Shown here piece after piece: positions 1-8,477 of a stretch of DNA of 64,000 nucleotides; within the stretch, counting starts at the first letter, position 1; each line of letters starts with the position of its first letter. Origin of the DNA: Candidatus Marinacidobacterium sp. (GTDB taxonomy: Bacteria > Acidobacteriota > Vicinamibacteria > Marinacidobacterales > Marinacidobacteraceae); contig OZ244852.1 of the NCBI GenBank assembly GCA_965220965.1, forward strand, positions 1 to 64,000, written 5' to 3'. Both the position numbers and the translations under genes were made by a program. The notes under the pieces were generated by a model, which made no database searches, was not told the origin of the DNA, and saw nothing but the letters and a program-made list of their open reading frames with translations.

Positions 1-2031
1 CTTCGCGAGCGTCGCCAGCCAGAGCGAGAGCTTGGCCAGGTCCACCGCCACCGGGTTCCGGTCCACTCCGTAGAGGCAACGCTCCGCCACCATCCGGCGG
101 GCGACGATCGTCTCGTCCTCTTTCGGTGGGACCCCCGGCGGCTTGCCGTGGAGCTTCCAGGCCTCCTGGAGGGCGTCGCCGAGCTGGCGGCAGGCCTCGA
201 CCAGGAACGCCCCGGAGCCCATCGCCGGGTCGCAGACCCTCAGATCGAGGATCTGTTCCGGCCGGAGCGTGGCTCCACCCGCGCGAAGCCGGGCGAGGAC
301 TGGTTCGAGCGTCCTTTTGACGATCGGCCCGGTCAGCGCCCTCGGCGTGTAGTGCGAACCGGAGCGCCGCCGCTCCTCGGTGGGCTGGAGGATGAGCGAT
401 CCGGGCGCCGCGATGTCCGGGGTCGCCGCGCGGTCCACGACCGGATCCAGCGCGGCGTGGAGCTGCTCCACCCCGGCCGCGGCCGCGACCGCCTTCAGAA
501 CCCGGTCGGTCAGCTTGCGGTCGGTGGCCTGCTGCACCCAGCGGCCCCGCGAGCCCGAGGGGGCGTCGAGCAGCGCCTGGAGGTCCACGATGCTGGGAGC
601 TCCGTGTTTCTTCGGCGACCGGATCGCGAGCGAGGGGCCCGAAGCCCGCTCCAGCCGGAAGCCCATCATCGTCTCGTAGACCGAGCCGATCTGCTCCACA
701 TCGAGCGCCCGGTAGGAAATCCGATCGCCGTCGAGGACGAGGAGTTTGCGCAACAGTTCGAGGACCGTCCCGTCGGAGACGCGCGGAACCTCGATCCGCT
801 CGTGGATCTGGCGGCCGCCGGCGCGCGGCCGGCCCTCGAGGAAGGGATGCCGGTCCGGATCGAAGAGCGCGCCATGTCGCGCCGGCAGCCGCATGTCCTC
901 CGCTTCGGCCCCGTCGTGCACCATGCGGAAGAGCGTCAGGAGCTGCGCCCACGCCCCGTAGCGCTGGTCCATCGTGTCGGGATGGAGCGCGTGGTCCGCG
1001 CGGAGACGCTGGAACAGCCTCGTGAGCGAGTAGTGCCGGACGAAGGTCTCGTCCTGGGGCAGAAGGTCCCGCTGCTCCGCGTAGAGGATGAAGACGAGCC
1101 GGAGGATGACCGCGAGCAGGCCCCGGTAGACCTCTTCCGGGGCGTCCTCCATCGTCTCCCGGAGGAGTTCGCCGCCAAGTTCGGCGTCGGCGGCGTCGAT
1201 CCCGCGCAGCAGCGCGTAGAGCCCTTCGAGAACCTGACCCGCGAGCTTGACGCTCACTTCGTTCTGGTATTTGCGGCTCTCCGCGAGGAGCGCCGGGAGG
1301 CGTTTCGTCGTGGGGAGCGTCAGCAGGCGGTTCTGGCGCAGCAGCAGCCGGAGCGCGGCGAGGAGCGGACGCCCGGCGGTCTCCGCCATCTGGGAGACCA
1401 CGAAATCGAGCTGGCCCGAGCTCTCGCCCCGGGGCGCCGAGATCAGCCGCAGGCGGCCGCCGCCCCAGACGATGCCCGCCGGGGTCCCCGTCTCCCGCAG
1501 CAGGCGCTCCATCCTCCCGCTCGGGCTGTCGCTGAGCCGACCTCTGCCCCTCGCCTCGAATGGCTTGTCGAGGTCCTGCTCCCGGCCGTAGTGGGAGACG
1601 AGGAGTTGCCACCGGGAGGCCTCCGCGTCGCCGCGGGCCGCGTCCGCCTTCGCCGCTTTCCCGGCCGCCGTCGCGCTCGGGGTGCGCCGGACGGCGAGGT
1701 CGGCGCTCAGAACCTCGTCGTACTCGGGCAGCGAGACCGTCGGGAGGCCCGTCGCGCCTCCGTTGCTCTCCACGTAGTCGTCGAGCGAGAAGTCCCAGTC
1801 CAGGACCTGCTCGGCGAACGCCCGGAACGCGGTCGCCGGAGGGACGCGCTGCGCCTTGTCATCGTCGAACTGCCTCCGCCACTCGCGGAGGCGCCGCTGA
1901 CCCTCGATGTCGCGCCGGGGCAGGACCGCCCCCGCCCGGACCAGCGCCGAAGGAGCGACCACCAGTCCGGTCGGCTGGATGAGCGCCAGCCAGTCCCGGT
2001 GGTCTCGCTGCTCCGGCGGGATGCGGGGCAC
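1..2031 (-). CDS. drmMI: N6-adenine DNA methyltransferase, DISARM class 1 DrmMI-like (partial, runs off left edge)
   Basis: Not in the ORF track; hand-translated in segments, all in one frame. GTG at 2031, 3 nt after the helicase stop. N-terminus PRIPPEQRDHRDWLALIQPTGLVVAPSAL, then ISYRALDVEQIGSVYE, RRRSGSHYTP, SAM-binding motif I LRVCDPAMGSGAFL, and CLYGVDRNPVAVDLAKLSLW at the window edge. Confidence 0.88.
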   Translation of the reverse strand, partial: MPRIPPEQRDHRDWLALIQPTGLVVAPSALVRAGAVLPRRDIEGQRRLREWRRQFDDDKAQRVPPATAFRAFAEQVLDWDFSLDDYVESNGGATGLPTVSLPEYDEVLSADLAVRRTPSATAAGKAAKADAARGDAEASRWQLLVSHYGREQDLDKPFEARGRGRLSDSPSGRMERLLRETGTPAGIVWGGGRLRLISAPRGESSGQLDFVVSQMAETAGRPLLAALRLLLRQNRLLTLPTTKRLPALLAESRKYQNEVSVKLAGQVLEGLYALLRGIDAADAELGGELLRETMEDAPEEVYRGLLAVILRLVFILYAEQRDLLPQDETFVRHYSLTRLFQRLRADHALHPDTMDQRYGAWAQLLTLFRMVHDGAEAEDMRLPARHGALFDPDRHPFLEGRPRAGGRQIHERIEVPRVSDGTVLELLRKLLVLDGDRISYRALDVEQIGSVYETMMGFRLERASGPSLAIRSPKKHGAPSIVDLQALLDAPSGSRGRWVQQATDRKLTDRVLKAVAAAAGVEQLHAALDPVVDRAATPDIAAPGSLILQPTEERRRSGSHYTPRALTGPIVKRTLEPVLARLRAGGATLRPEQILDLRVCDPAMGSGAFLVEACRQLGDALQEAWKLHGKPPGVPPKEDETIVARRMVAERCLYGVDRNPVAVDLAKLSLWLATLAK

Positions 2032-2034
2032 GGG

Positions 2035-5000
2035 TCAGTTCGTCTCCGGCCAGAGATAGGCGAGCCCCACCGGCTCGAACCGCCGGGCCTTCACCTGGTA
2101 GAAGCTCCGGACGCGTTCCGGCTCGGTCCCGAGTTCGCGCTCGAACTGGGCGAGGCGGCGCTTCCACGCCCGCACGTCGGCCTCGAACTGACGCTGCTCT
2201 TCCCTGTCCTTGAACAGCTTGCGCTGGCGGCCGCCCGTTTCGTGCTCGCGGAGCGTCTCCGCGACCCGCCCCCGCTGCTGTTCGAGCGCCGCGGAGAGAT
2301 CGCGCGCTTCCCGCTCGCCGCGGTCGGCGAGCCGCGCTTCCGCCCGGTCGGCGCGCCTGTCGGCCTCCTGCTCCAGCGGGACGAGGAGTTCCTCGATGTC
2401 CCGGGGGGCGCTCGCCCGGAAGCGCCGCTTCACCGGCTCCATCGACACCGGTCGGGCGGCGGCCAGCGAGGTCTGGAGAAGCCGCTCCACGTCGCGGGCT
2501 CTTGATCCGCGGTAGGGACGCAGAGCTCCCGGACGGCTGGCGGCCGGCCTCCAGGGCGCCGCCACGAAGACCAGCTCCTCGTGGAGCCGCTCGGCCCGCC
2601 GTCCGAATAGCGCCAACCGGCCGAGGAGGACCACCCGGGGGGTGGCGTCGGCGGTCTGGACCAGGCAGGCGCGCGAGAGGTCGTCGTGGATGAACCCCTG
2701 CGCCCGGAAGCGCGAGAGGAGCCGACGGGCCACGCGCTGCTCGAGGTGAAGCTGGACCTGGTCCTCGGTGAGGCGCCCGGTGTCGCTGAAGACCACCGGT
2801 CGGATCGGGGCCTGCTCGCGCCAGTCTGTGAGCTTCTGCTCGCGCTTCCTTGGCGCCCGCAGCGCATCGAGCGTCGCCTCCCACCCCGGCTTCCCGGCGA
2901 GCGAGGGGAAGCGCCAGACCCGCCCGCCCTGGCCGTTCCCCTCCGCGCGGAGCGGATCGGCGCCGAGCATCTCGAGCGAACACGAGAGCGCGTCCCGGAA
3001 GGCGCCCTCCTCGAACGCGGTCTGCTCCCGCGCCCGCTGGAGGAGCTTCCGGCATTCGGAGATCTCCGCTTCGAGCTTGTTCTGTCGAGTCAGGGCGCTC
3101 TCTTCGAGTTCTCCCTCGACGACCTGCCGCCGCTCCTTCCCCGGGAGCGTCGCGCCCTCCAGGTCGAGCGCCAGCCGGTCCGCGTTCTCGTGGCGGATGC
3201 CGTCGCGCCTCAGCTTCCGTTCGATGTCATCGTCGAGAACCTGGGCGAGGCTGCCGAGCTCGCGGCGGATCGTCCCGGTCTTCCGGACCAGCACCTCGAG
3301 CACGCGGTCTTCCGGACGCTGGGGTAACACGAAGTAGCGGCATCGGACGGCCTTTTCGGGCTGCAGCTTGCGGTCGATCCGGCCGTTCCGCTGCTCGATC
3401 CGGCCCGGGTTCCAGGGGAGGTCGAAGTGGAAGAGGTCGGCGCAGTGCGCCTGGAAGTTGAGCCCCTCGCGGGCGGCGTCGGTCGCCAGCAGGATGCGCA
3501 GCGGATGGCGGTCGGGGGGCGTGTTGAACCAGCGCTGGATCTCGCGCCGCCGGGCTCCGGCCACGAGCCCGTCGATCGTCGCGATCCGCTCCTCGGCCTG
3601 ATCGGTCCCTTCGATCGCGGCTTCGAGGACACGGCGCAGGTAGGCCTTCGTGCCCTCCCGGTTCTCGGTGAAGATCAGGACGCGGCGGTCCTTCCACTCC
3701 GGGGGCGGGTCGGGCGCCGGCTCCCCCCAGCGCGGCATCCGGGGGCAGAGGTTCTCGCGGATCCAGTCGAGGAGGAGCACGGTCTTGGCGTCCGGGCGAC
3801 CCCGGCCTCGCTCCGCGACCTGCGCCATGCGCTCGAGGAGCGCCTGTTCTTCTCGCCGAAGCGCCGTCGCCGCGTCGTCGCGGCCGGCGTGGCTCTCGGC
3901 GGTCCGGTTAAGTTCGGCGAGCTCCGCCTCCTCCGATTCGGCCTCCTCCCGTTCCGCCGTCTCACGCGCCGCCGAGGCGTCCGTGATGTCCTCGAACCCG
4001 GCGTCGTCGCCATCGACCGGGTCGTCATCGGCGCCCGGCGCCCTGACGAAGTCCTCGCCCGGCTTCGGCTCGCTCGGGGTCTCCCCGGAAGCGCGCTCCC
4101 ATTCCCGCGCCACCGTGCGGCGGTGGCGCTTCAGGGAGCGGGCGAACGCCTCGACCGAGGAGAGGAGGCGCTGCTGGAGTCCCACGACCAGCAGCCCGGC
4201 CGCCGCCTGCTGACGCTTGGTCGCCGCCCGGAAGCGGCGCTCGCGGAGACCCCGGTACTCGTTGAGCAGCCGGGGGAGCAGGAGCTCGGGGGCGTCCTCG
4301 GGAAGGCGGTCCACGACGACCGGCTCCACGATCCGCTCCGGGAAGCCGCCCCGGACCTCGCGGATGTCGTTCTTGAGACGCCGCACCATGACGTCGCGCA
4401 GCGCCTTCTGCGCCGACTGGCTGCGCACCTTGACGCCTCGGGTGAACCGGTGCGGATCCAGCAGCTCCATGAGCGTGGAGAAGCTGTTCGAGTGGCCGTT
4501 GTGGGGAGTCGCCGACAGGAAGAGCCGGTGCTCGAAGCGCGCCGCGATCTCCCGGATCGCGCGGGTGAACTTCGACTCGATCCCGTAGCCGCCGCTCCCG
4601 GCGGGGGCCGCGTGGTGCGCCTCGTCGAGGATCAGCAGGCTGGCGGGAAGCCGGTCCCCCAGCCATTCCCGCATGGGGCCGGAGTAGATGCCGCTCGTCA
4701 GCAGGTTCTGCGAGACGAGGAACCGGCTGTGGGTCCGCCAGGGGTTCACCCCGTAGCCGTGGTCGTGGCGCGCCCGCGCGAAGTAAGCGCGGTCGAGGAT
4801 CTCGAAACGGAGGCCGAAGCGCTCGTCCATTTCGGCGCGCCACTGCTCGAGGACCGATGCCGGCGCGGCGATGACGATGGAGCGCACCTTCTTGCGGAGC
4901 AGGAGCTCGCGGGCGATGAGCCCCGCCTCGATCGTCTTCCCGAGGCCGGTGTCGTCGGCGATGAAGAGCGCCACCCGGGGCATTCCGAGCGCCTTGCGCA

Positions 5001-5409
5001 GCGGCTCCATCTGGTAGGCGTCCAACTGGATGCCCGCCCGGAACGGCGCGTGGAGCAGCTTCGGATCGGTCGCCGTCACCGAGTTCCAGCGAAGCGTGTT
5101 CACATAGGCGGCGAACCGGCGCGGCTCGTCGAAGCCGCGCGCTCCGAGCGAAGACCACGCCTCCCCATCGAGGATCCGCCGGTCCGGCTCGCAGTTCCAG
5201 AAGACGGTCAGTTCCTCGCCCTGCGCGTCGTCGTCGGCGCAGGCGAGCGAGACGCGAGGCGAATGGCCGGCCTCCGTCCCGAGCGCAACGTCCTCGACGA
5301 TCCAGTGGCGCTGGCGCACCTGGACGAGCTGCCCCACGGCGGGGGGCTTGCGAGGCAATGGGTCGGGCACGGTGAAAGCGGGTCGCATCCTATCCGGGGA
5401 ACGGGTCAA
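2035..5409 (-). CDS. drmD: SNF2-family helicase, DISARM DrmD-like
   Basis: Walker A ADDTGLGKT, LILDEAHH, LSATPHNG, ATDAAREGLN, PWNPGRIEQRNGRIDR. N-terminal GQLVQVRQRHW and C-terminal EPVGLAYLWP resemble DrmD. Directly upstream of an N6-MTase. True start may be slightly downstream. Confidence 0.88.
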   Translation of the reverse strand: MTRSPDRMRPAFTVPDPLPRKPPAVGQLVQVRQRHWIVEDVALGTEAGHSPRVSLACADDDAQGEELTVFWNCEPDRRILDGEAWSSLGARGFDEPRRFAAYVNTLRWNSVTATDPKLLHAPFRAGIQLDAYQMEPLRKALGMPRVALFIADDTGLGKTIEAGLIARELLLRKKVRSIVIAAPASVLEQWRAEMDERFGLRFEILDRAYFARARHDHGYGVNPWRTHSRFLVSQNLLTSGIYSGPMREWLGDRLPASLLILDEAHHAAPAGSGGYGIESKFTRAIREIAARFEHRLFLSATPHNGHSNSFSTLMELLDPHRFTRGVKVRSQSAQKALRDVMVRRLKNDIREVRGGFPERIVEPVVVDRLPEDAPELLLPRLLNEYRGLRERRFRAATKRQQAAAGLLVVGLQQRLLSSVEAFARSLKRHRRTVAREWERASGETPSEPKPGEDFVRAPGADDDPVDGDDAGFEDITDASAARETAEREEAESEEAELAELNRTAESHAGRDDAATALRREEQALLERMAQVAERGRGRPDAKTVLLLDWIRENLCPRMPRWGEPAPDPPPEWKDRRVLIFTENREGTKAYLRRVLEAAIEGTDQAEERIATIDGLVAGARRREIQRWFNTPPDRHPLRILLATDAAREGLNFQAHCADLFHFDLPWNPGRIEQRNGRIDRKLQPEKAVRCRYFVLPQRPEDRVLEVLVRKTGTIRRELGSLAQVLDDDIERKLRRDGIRHENADRLALDLEGATLPGKERRQVVEGELEESALTRQNKLEAEISECRKLLQRAREQTAFEEGAFRDALSCSLEMLGADPLRAEGNGQGGRVWRFPSLAGKPGWEATLDALRAPRKREQKLTDWREQAPIRPVVFSDTGRLTEDQVQLHLEQRVARRLLSRFRAQGFIHDDLSRACLVQTADATPRVVLLGRLALFGRRAERLHEELVFVAAPWRPAASRPGALRPYRGSRARDVERLLQTSLAAARPVSMEPVKRRFRASAPRDIEELLVPLEQEADRRADRAEARLADRGEREARDLSAALEQQRGRVAETLREHETGGRQRKLFKDREEQRQFEADVRAWKRRLAQFERELGTEPERVRSFYQVKARRFEPVGLAYLWPETN

Positions 5410-5566
5410 TTCCGGTCATGGCGGTGCGGGCGCGTCGGCCAGGCCGGATCTCTCCCGGGCGCCGTTGGCCGGGCGCGTCGCAGCGTGTTCAATTCCCACA
5501 GTCCGCTTCGGGTGACGGGCCGGTGTTTGCGGCGTCCGTGACCGCATCGGGCGAAGAGGCGAAGGC

Positions 5567-6286
5567 ATGTCCGGACTGACCACGAATCCTGAACTGCTGG
5601 CGCTGGCGACCCTCGTCGTGGGCGTGGTGGCCGCCTTCGCCGCCCGGGCGGTCGTTTCCCGGGTCGCCGCGCGCAGCGCTCCGGGCCTCGGGGTCTTCGT
5701 CCGGATCGTCCGGACGCTGCCGCCCCTGACCTTCTGGGGGGTGCTCGCGCTCGCCGTCGGGCTGTCGCTTCGGGTCCTGGGCGTCGGTCAGGCGACCTGG
5801 CTCGTCGACCAGGCGTGGATCCACCTTCCCCGGGTGGTCGTCGCGGTGTTCGTCGTCTACGCCGGACACCTGGTCGGAGGCGGCCTGCGCGAACTCGTCC
5901 AGCGCCATACGCGCGCGGTCCGCTTTCCGCCGGGCGGCGCCTACTGGCTCGCGACCGCGCCCGCGGTCCTCATCGCCGCCCAGCAACTGGGCATCGATGT
6001 CTCGTTCGTGGCCGACCTGACGCTTGTGACCTTCGGCATCGGCTCGGCGGCGCTCGGCCTCGCGTTCGCGCTGGGCGCGCGCCGGCACGTCGCCAACCTG
6101 ATCGCCCGCCGGGAGCTGAACCGTTACCGCGAAGGCGACCTCCTCCGCATCGACGGCATCGAGGGCAGCGTCGTCGAGATGCGCCGCACCGGGCTCGTGC
6201 TCTCCACGGCGGAGGGCCTCGCGCACATCCCGGCGGCGCGCTTCGCCGAAGTCCCGGTCGTCCGGCTGGCGAAGACCTCCGAATGA
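5567..6286 (+). CDS. small-conductance mechanosensitive channel (MscS-family) protein
   Basis: Several TM helices, then ALGLAFALGAR..VANLIA and the beta-domain motif YREGDLLRIDGIEGSVVEM. Confidence 0.8.
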   Translation: MSGLTTNPELLALATLVVGVVAAFAARAVVSRVAARSAPGLGVFVRIVRTLPPLTFWGVLALAVGLSLRVLGVGQATWLVDQAWIHLPRVVVAVFVVYAGHLVGGGLRELVQRHTRAVRFPPGGAYWLATAPAVLIAAQQLGIDVSFVADLTLVTFGIGSAALGLAFALGARRHVANLIARRELNRYREGDLLRIDGIEGSVVEMRRTGLVLSTAEGLAHIPAARFAEVPVVRLAKTSE

Positions 6287-7101
6287 CGGACGGCGCGATG
6301 CGCTCGAGCCGCCTGCTGACGCGCTACGCGGAGCGCCATCCCGCCGAGCTGGCGATCGCGGTCGCGCGCGGCGGCGCCGCCGGCGTCGGCGCGCTGCTCG
6401 ACAGCCTTCCCGAAGCGGCGCGGCCCGCCGTCGTCGTCCACCTGCCGCCCGACCTGGCGCAGGACCTGATGGACCGCTCCCCGGACGCCCGGCTCGTTCG
6501 GTGGCTCGCCGAGGCCGACCTCGCCACCGCCGTCCGGCTTGCGCGGCGCCTCGCCCCCCTCCGCCGCGCCGGTCTCGCGGCCCAACTGCCTCGGCGCCGC
6601 CAGCGGGATCTCGACCGGAGCTGTTCCTTCCCCGAGGGGAGCGTCGGCGCCCACATGGAGGTGACGTTTGGGTCGGTGAGCGAAGCCGCCTCGGTCGGCG
6701 ACGCCGCGCAGGCGCTCGGTCCGCAGTCGGCGCCGAGCCCCGCGCCGCTCGTTGTGGTCGATGCGGAGGGCCGTCTCCTCGGCTGGCTGGATGCGCAGAA
6801 GGCGCTCCGCCTCGGTCCCGCCGGATCGGTCCGGGACTGCGTGATTCCGGCTCGCCCGGTCCGGGCGGGCGCCGATCTGCGCGACGCCCGGCGCGAGTTC
6901 GCCGCGCGCAGCGAAGCCTGGATCCCGGTCGTGGATGCCGGCTCGCGTCCGATCGGTCTGCTGCGGCGGTCCCGGTTGCCGGACGACCGGGCGGCGCCGG
7001 CCCCCGCCGCGCCGGCGGTTCTGCCCGCGCTGGCGGCGACGATGCTTTCGCTGCTCGGCGAGCTGCCGGCGCTCGTCAGCGGGGAGCGGCGCGAGCCGTG
7101 A
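6283..7101 (+). CDS. MgtE N-terminal-like plus tandem CBS domain protein (no transporter domain)
   Basis: ATG at 6283 overlaps the upstream TGA (ATGA). FPEGSVGAHM linker, CBS motifs LVVVDAEGRLLGWL and WIPVVDAGSRPIGLL. Confidence 0.75.
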   Translation: MTDGAMRSSRLLTRYAERHPAELAIAVARGGAAGVGALLDSLPEAARPAVVVHLPPDLAQDLMDRSPDARLVRWLAEADLATAVRLARRLAPLRRAGLAAQLPRRRQRDLDRSCSFPEGSVGAHMEVTFGSVSEAASVGDAAQALGPQSAPSPAPLVVVDAEGRLLGWLDAQKALRLGPAGSVRDCVIPARPVRAGADLRDARREFAARSEAWIPVVDAGSRPIGLLRRSRLPDDRAAPAPAAPAVLPALAATMLSLLGELPALVSGERREP

Positions 7102-8423
7102 ACCCGGCGCGCGGCGACCGCCCGGTGGACCTCGAGGCGCTATCCGCCGCGGTCCGCGAGGACTTCATCGCCCGGTTCCCGGCGGAGGCGGCCGCCGCGC
7201 TCGAGGATCTGGACGCCTCGACGCTCTCCCGGGAGCTGGCCGGCGTCGGCCTGAAGCAGCGCCTGGTCCTGCTCGACCGGCTGCCGCCGGCGCGGTCCTC
7301 GGAAGCGTTCGAGAGCCTTCCCGTGGAGGAGCAGGCGGAGGTCGTCGCGGCGGCGCCGACGCACCTCGCGCTGGGACTCATGGCGGGCCTTTCGGAGCCG
7401 CGCCGCGAACGCCTCGTCTCCGGGCTCCCGGCGTCGCTCGGCAAGGAACTCGACCGGCTGCTGGACCTGCCGGCCGGCGCCGCCGGGCGCCTCATGGACC
7501 GCTCGGTCTGCACGCTGAACCGGGAGATGACCGTGGACGAAGCGCTCGACCGCATCCGATCTTCGTCCGTCCGCGGGATGCGCTGGCTGTATCTCCTCGA
7601 TCCCGACCGCCGGCTCGACGGAAGGGTCGAAATGCAGGCGCTGGCGCTCGCCGAGCCCTCGGAGCGGGTCGGTTCGCACGCCGGGCCCACGCCGTCGGTC
7701 GATGTGGTCGCCCCCCGCGACGAGGTCGCGGCGCTGCTCGACCGGCATCGGACGGATTCGCTGCCGGTGGTGGACAGCGGCGGCCGGCTCCTCGGCGTCG
7801 TCCGCTACGACCAGCTCATCGACGCCATCGGCGAATCCGCAAGCGCCGACATGCAGACGATGGTGGGCGCGAGCGCCGAGGAACAGGCCACCTCCCCCTT
7901 CGGCTTCGCGGTGCGGCGGCGACTCCCGTGGCTGCAGATCAACCTGCTCACCGCGTTCCTGGCGTCCGCGGTCGTGGCGCTCTTCGAGGGGCTGATCGCC
8001 CAGTTCACCGCGCTCGCGGTACTCCTGCCGGTGGTCGCCGGCCAGAGCGGCAACGCTGGCGCGCAGGCGCTGGCGGTCACCGTGCGCGGGCTCGCGCTCC
8101 GCGAGGTCGGAGGCCGCGACCTGCGCCGTCTGCTGACCAAGGAGCTGGCCGCCGGCATGGTCAACGGTCTGGCGCTGGCGGTGGTGTGCGGCGCCGGGGT
8201 CTACCTCTGGAGCCGCTCCCTCGGCCTCGCGCTGGTGATCGCGCTGGCCACGTTGATCGCCATGCCCACCGCCGGAGTCGCCGGCGCGCTCGTGCCGATG
8301 CTGCTGACGCGCCTCGGCCAGGATCCGGCGACGGCCTCCTCCATCCTCCTCACGACGGTCACCGACGTGGCCGGGTTTGTCTCCTTCCTCGGGATCGCCT
8401 TCCTGCTGTCCGGGTTCCTTTGA
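7098..8423 (+). CDS. mgtE: magnesium transporter MgtE
   Basis: GTG at 7098 overlaps the upstream stop. N-domain, CBS pair, RRRLPWLQINL, VVAGQSGNAGAQ, DPATASSILLTTVTDVAG. Confidence 0.92.
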   Translation: MNPARGDRPVDLEALSAAVREDFIARFPAEAAAALEDLDASTLSRELAGVGLKQRLVLLDRLPPARSSEAFESLPVEEQAEVVAAAPTHLALGLMAGLSEPRRERLVSGLPASLGKELDRLLDLPAGAAGRLMDRSVCTLNREMTVDEALDRIRSSSVRGMRWLYLLDPDRRLDGRVEMQALALAEPSERVGSHAGPTPSVDVVAPRDEVAALLDRHRTDSLPVVDSGGRLLGVVRYDQLIDAIGESASADMQTMVGASAEEQATSPFGFAVRRRLPWLQINLLTAFLASAVVALFEGLIAQFTALAVLLPVVAGQSGNAGAQALAVTVRGLALREVGGRDLRRLLTKELAAGMVNGLALAVVCGAGVYLWSRSLGLALVIALATLIAMPTAGVAGALVPMLLTRLGQDPATASSILLTTVTDVAGFVSFLGIAFLLSGFL

Positions 8424-8477
8424 GCCGCCGCCCTTCCCCGCGAGCCGCCGCCGGCTGGGGCGCTCCGGCTTCCGTCG

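Noticed and set aside
148-2505. 785-aa plus-strand ORF
   Set aside because: Antisense shadow in codon register with the minus-strand methyltransferase and with no motifs; typical of high-GC DNA
5410-5566. Possible att site or island boundary beside DISARM
   Set aside because: No tRNA end, direct repeat or recombinase could be identified within the window
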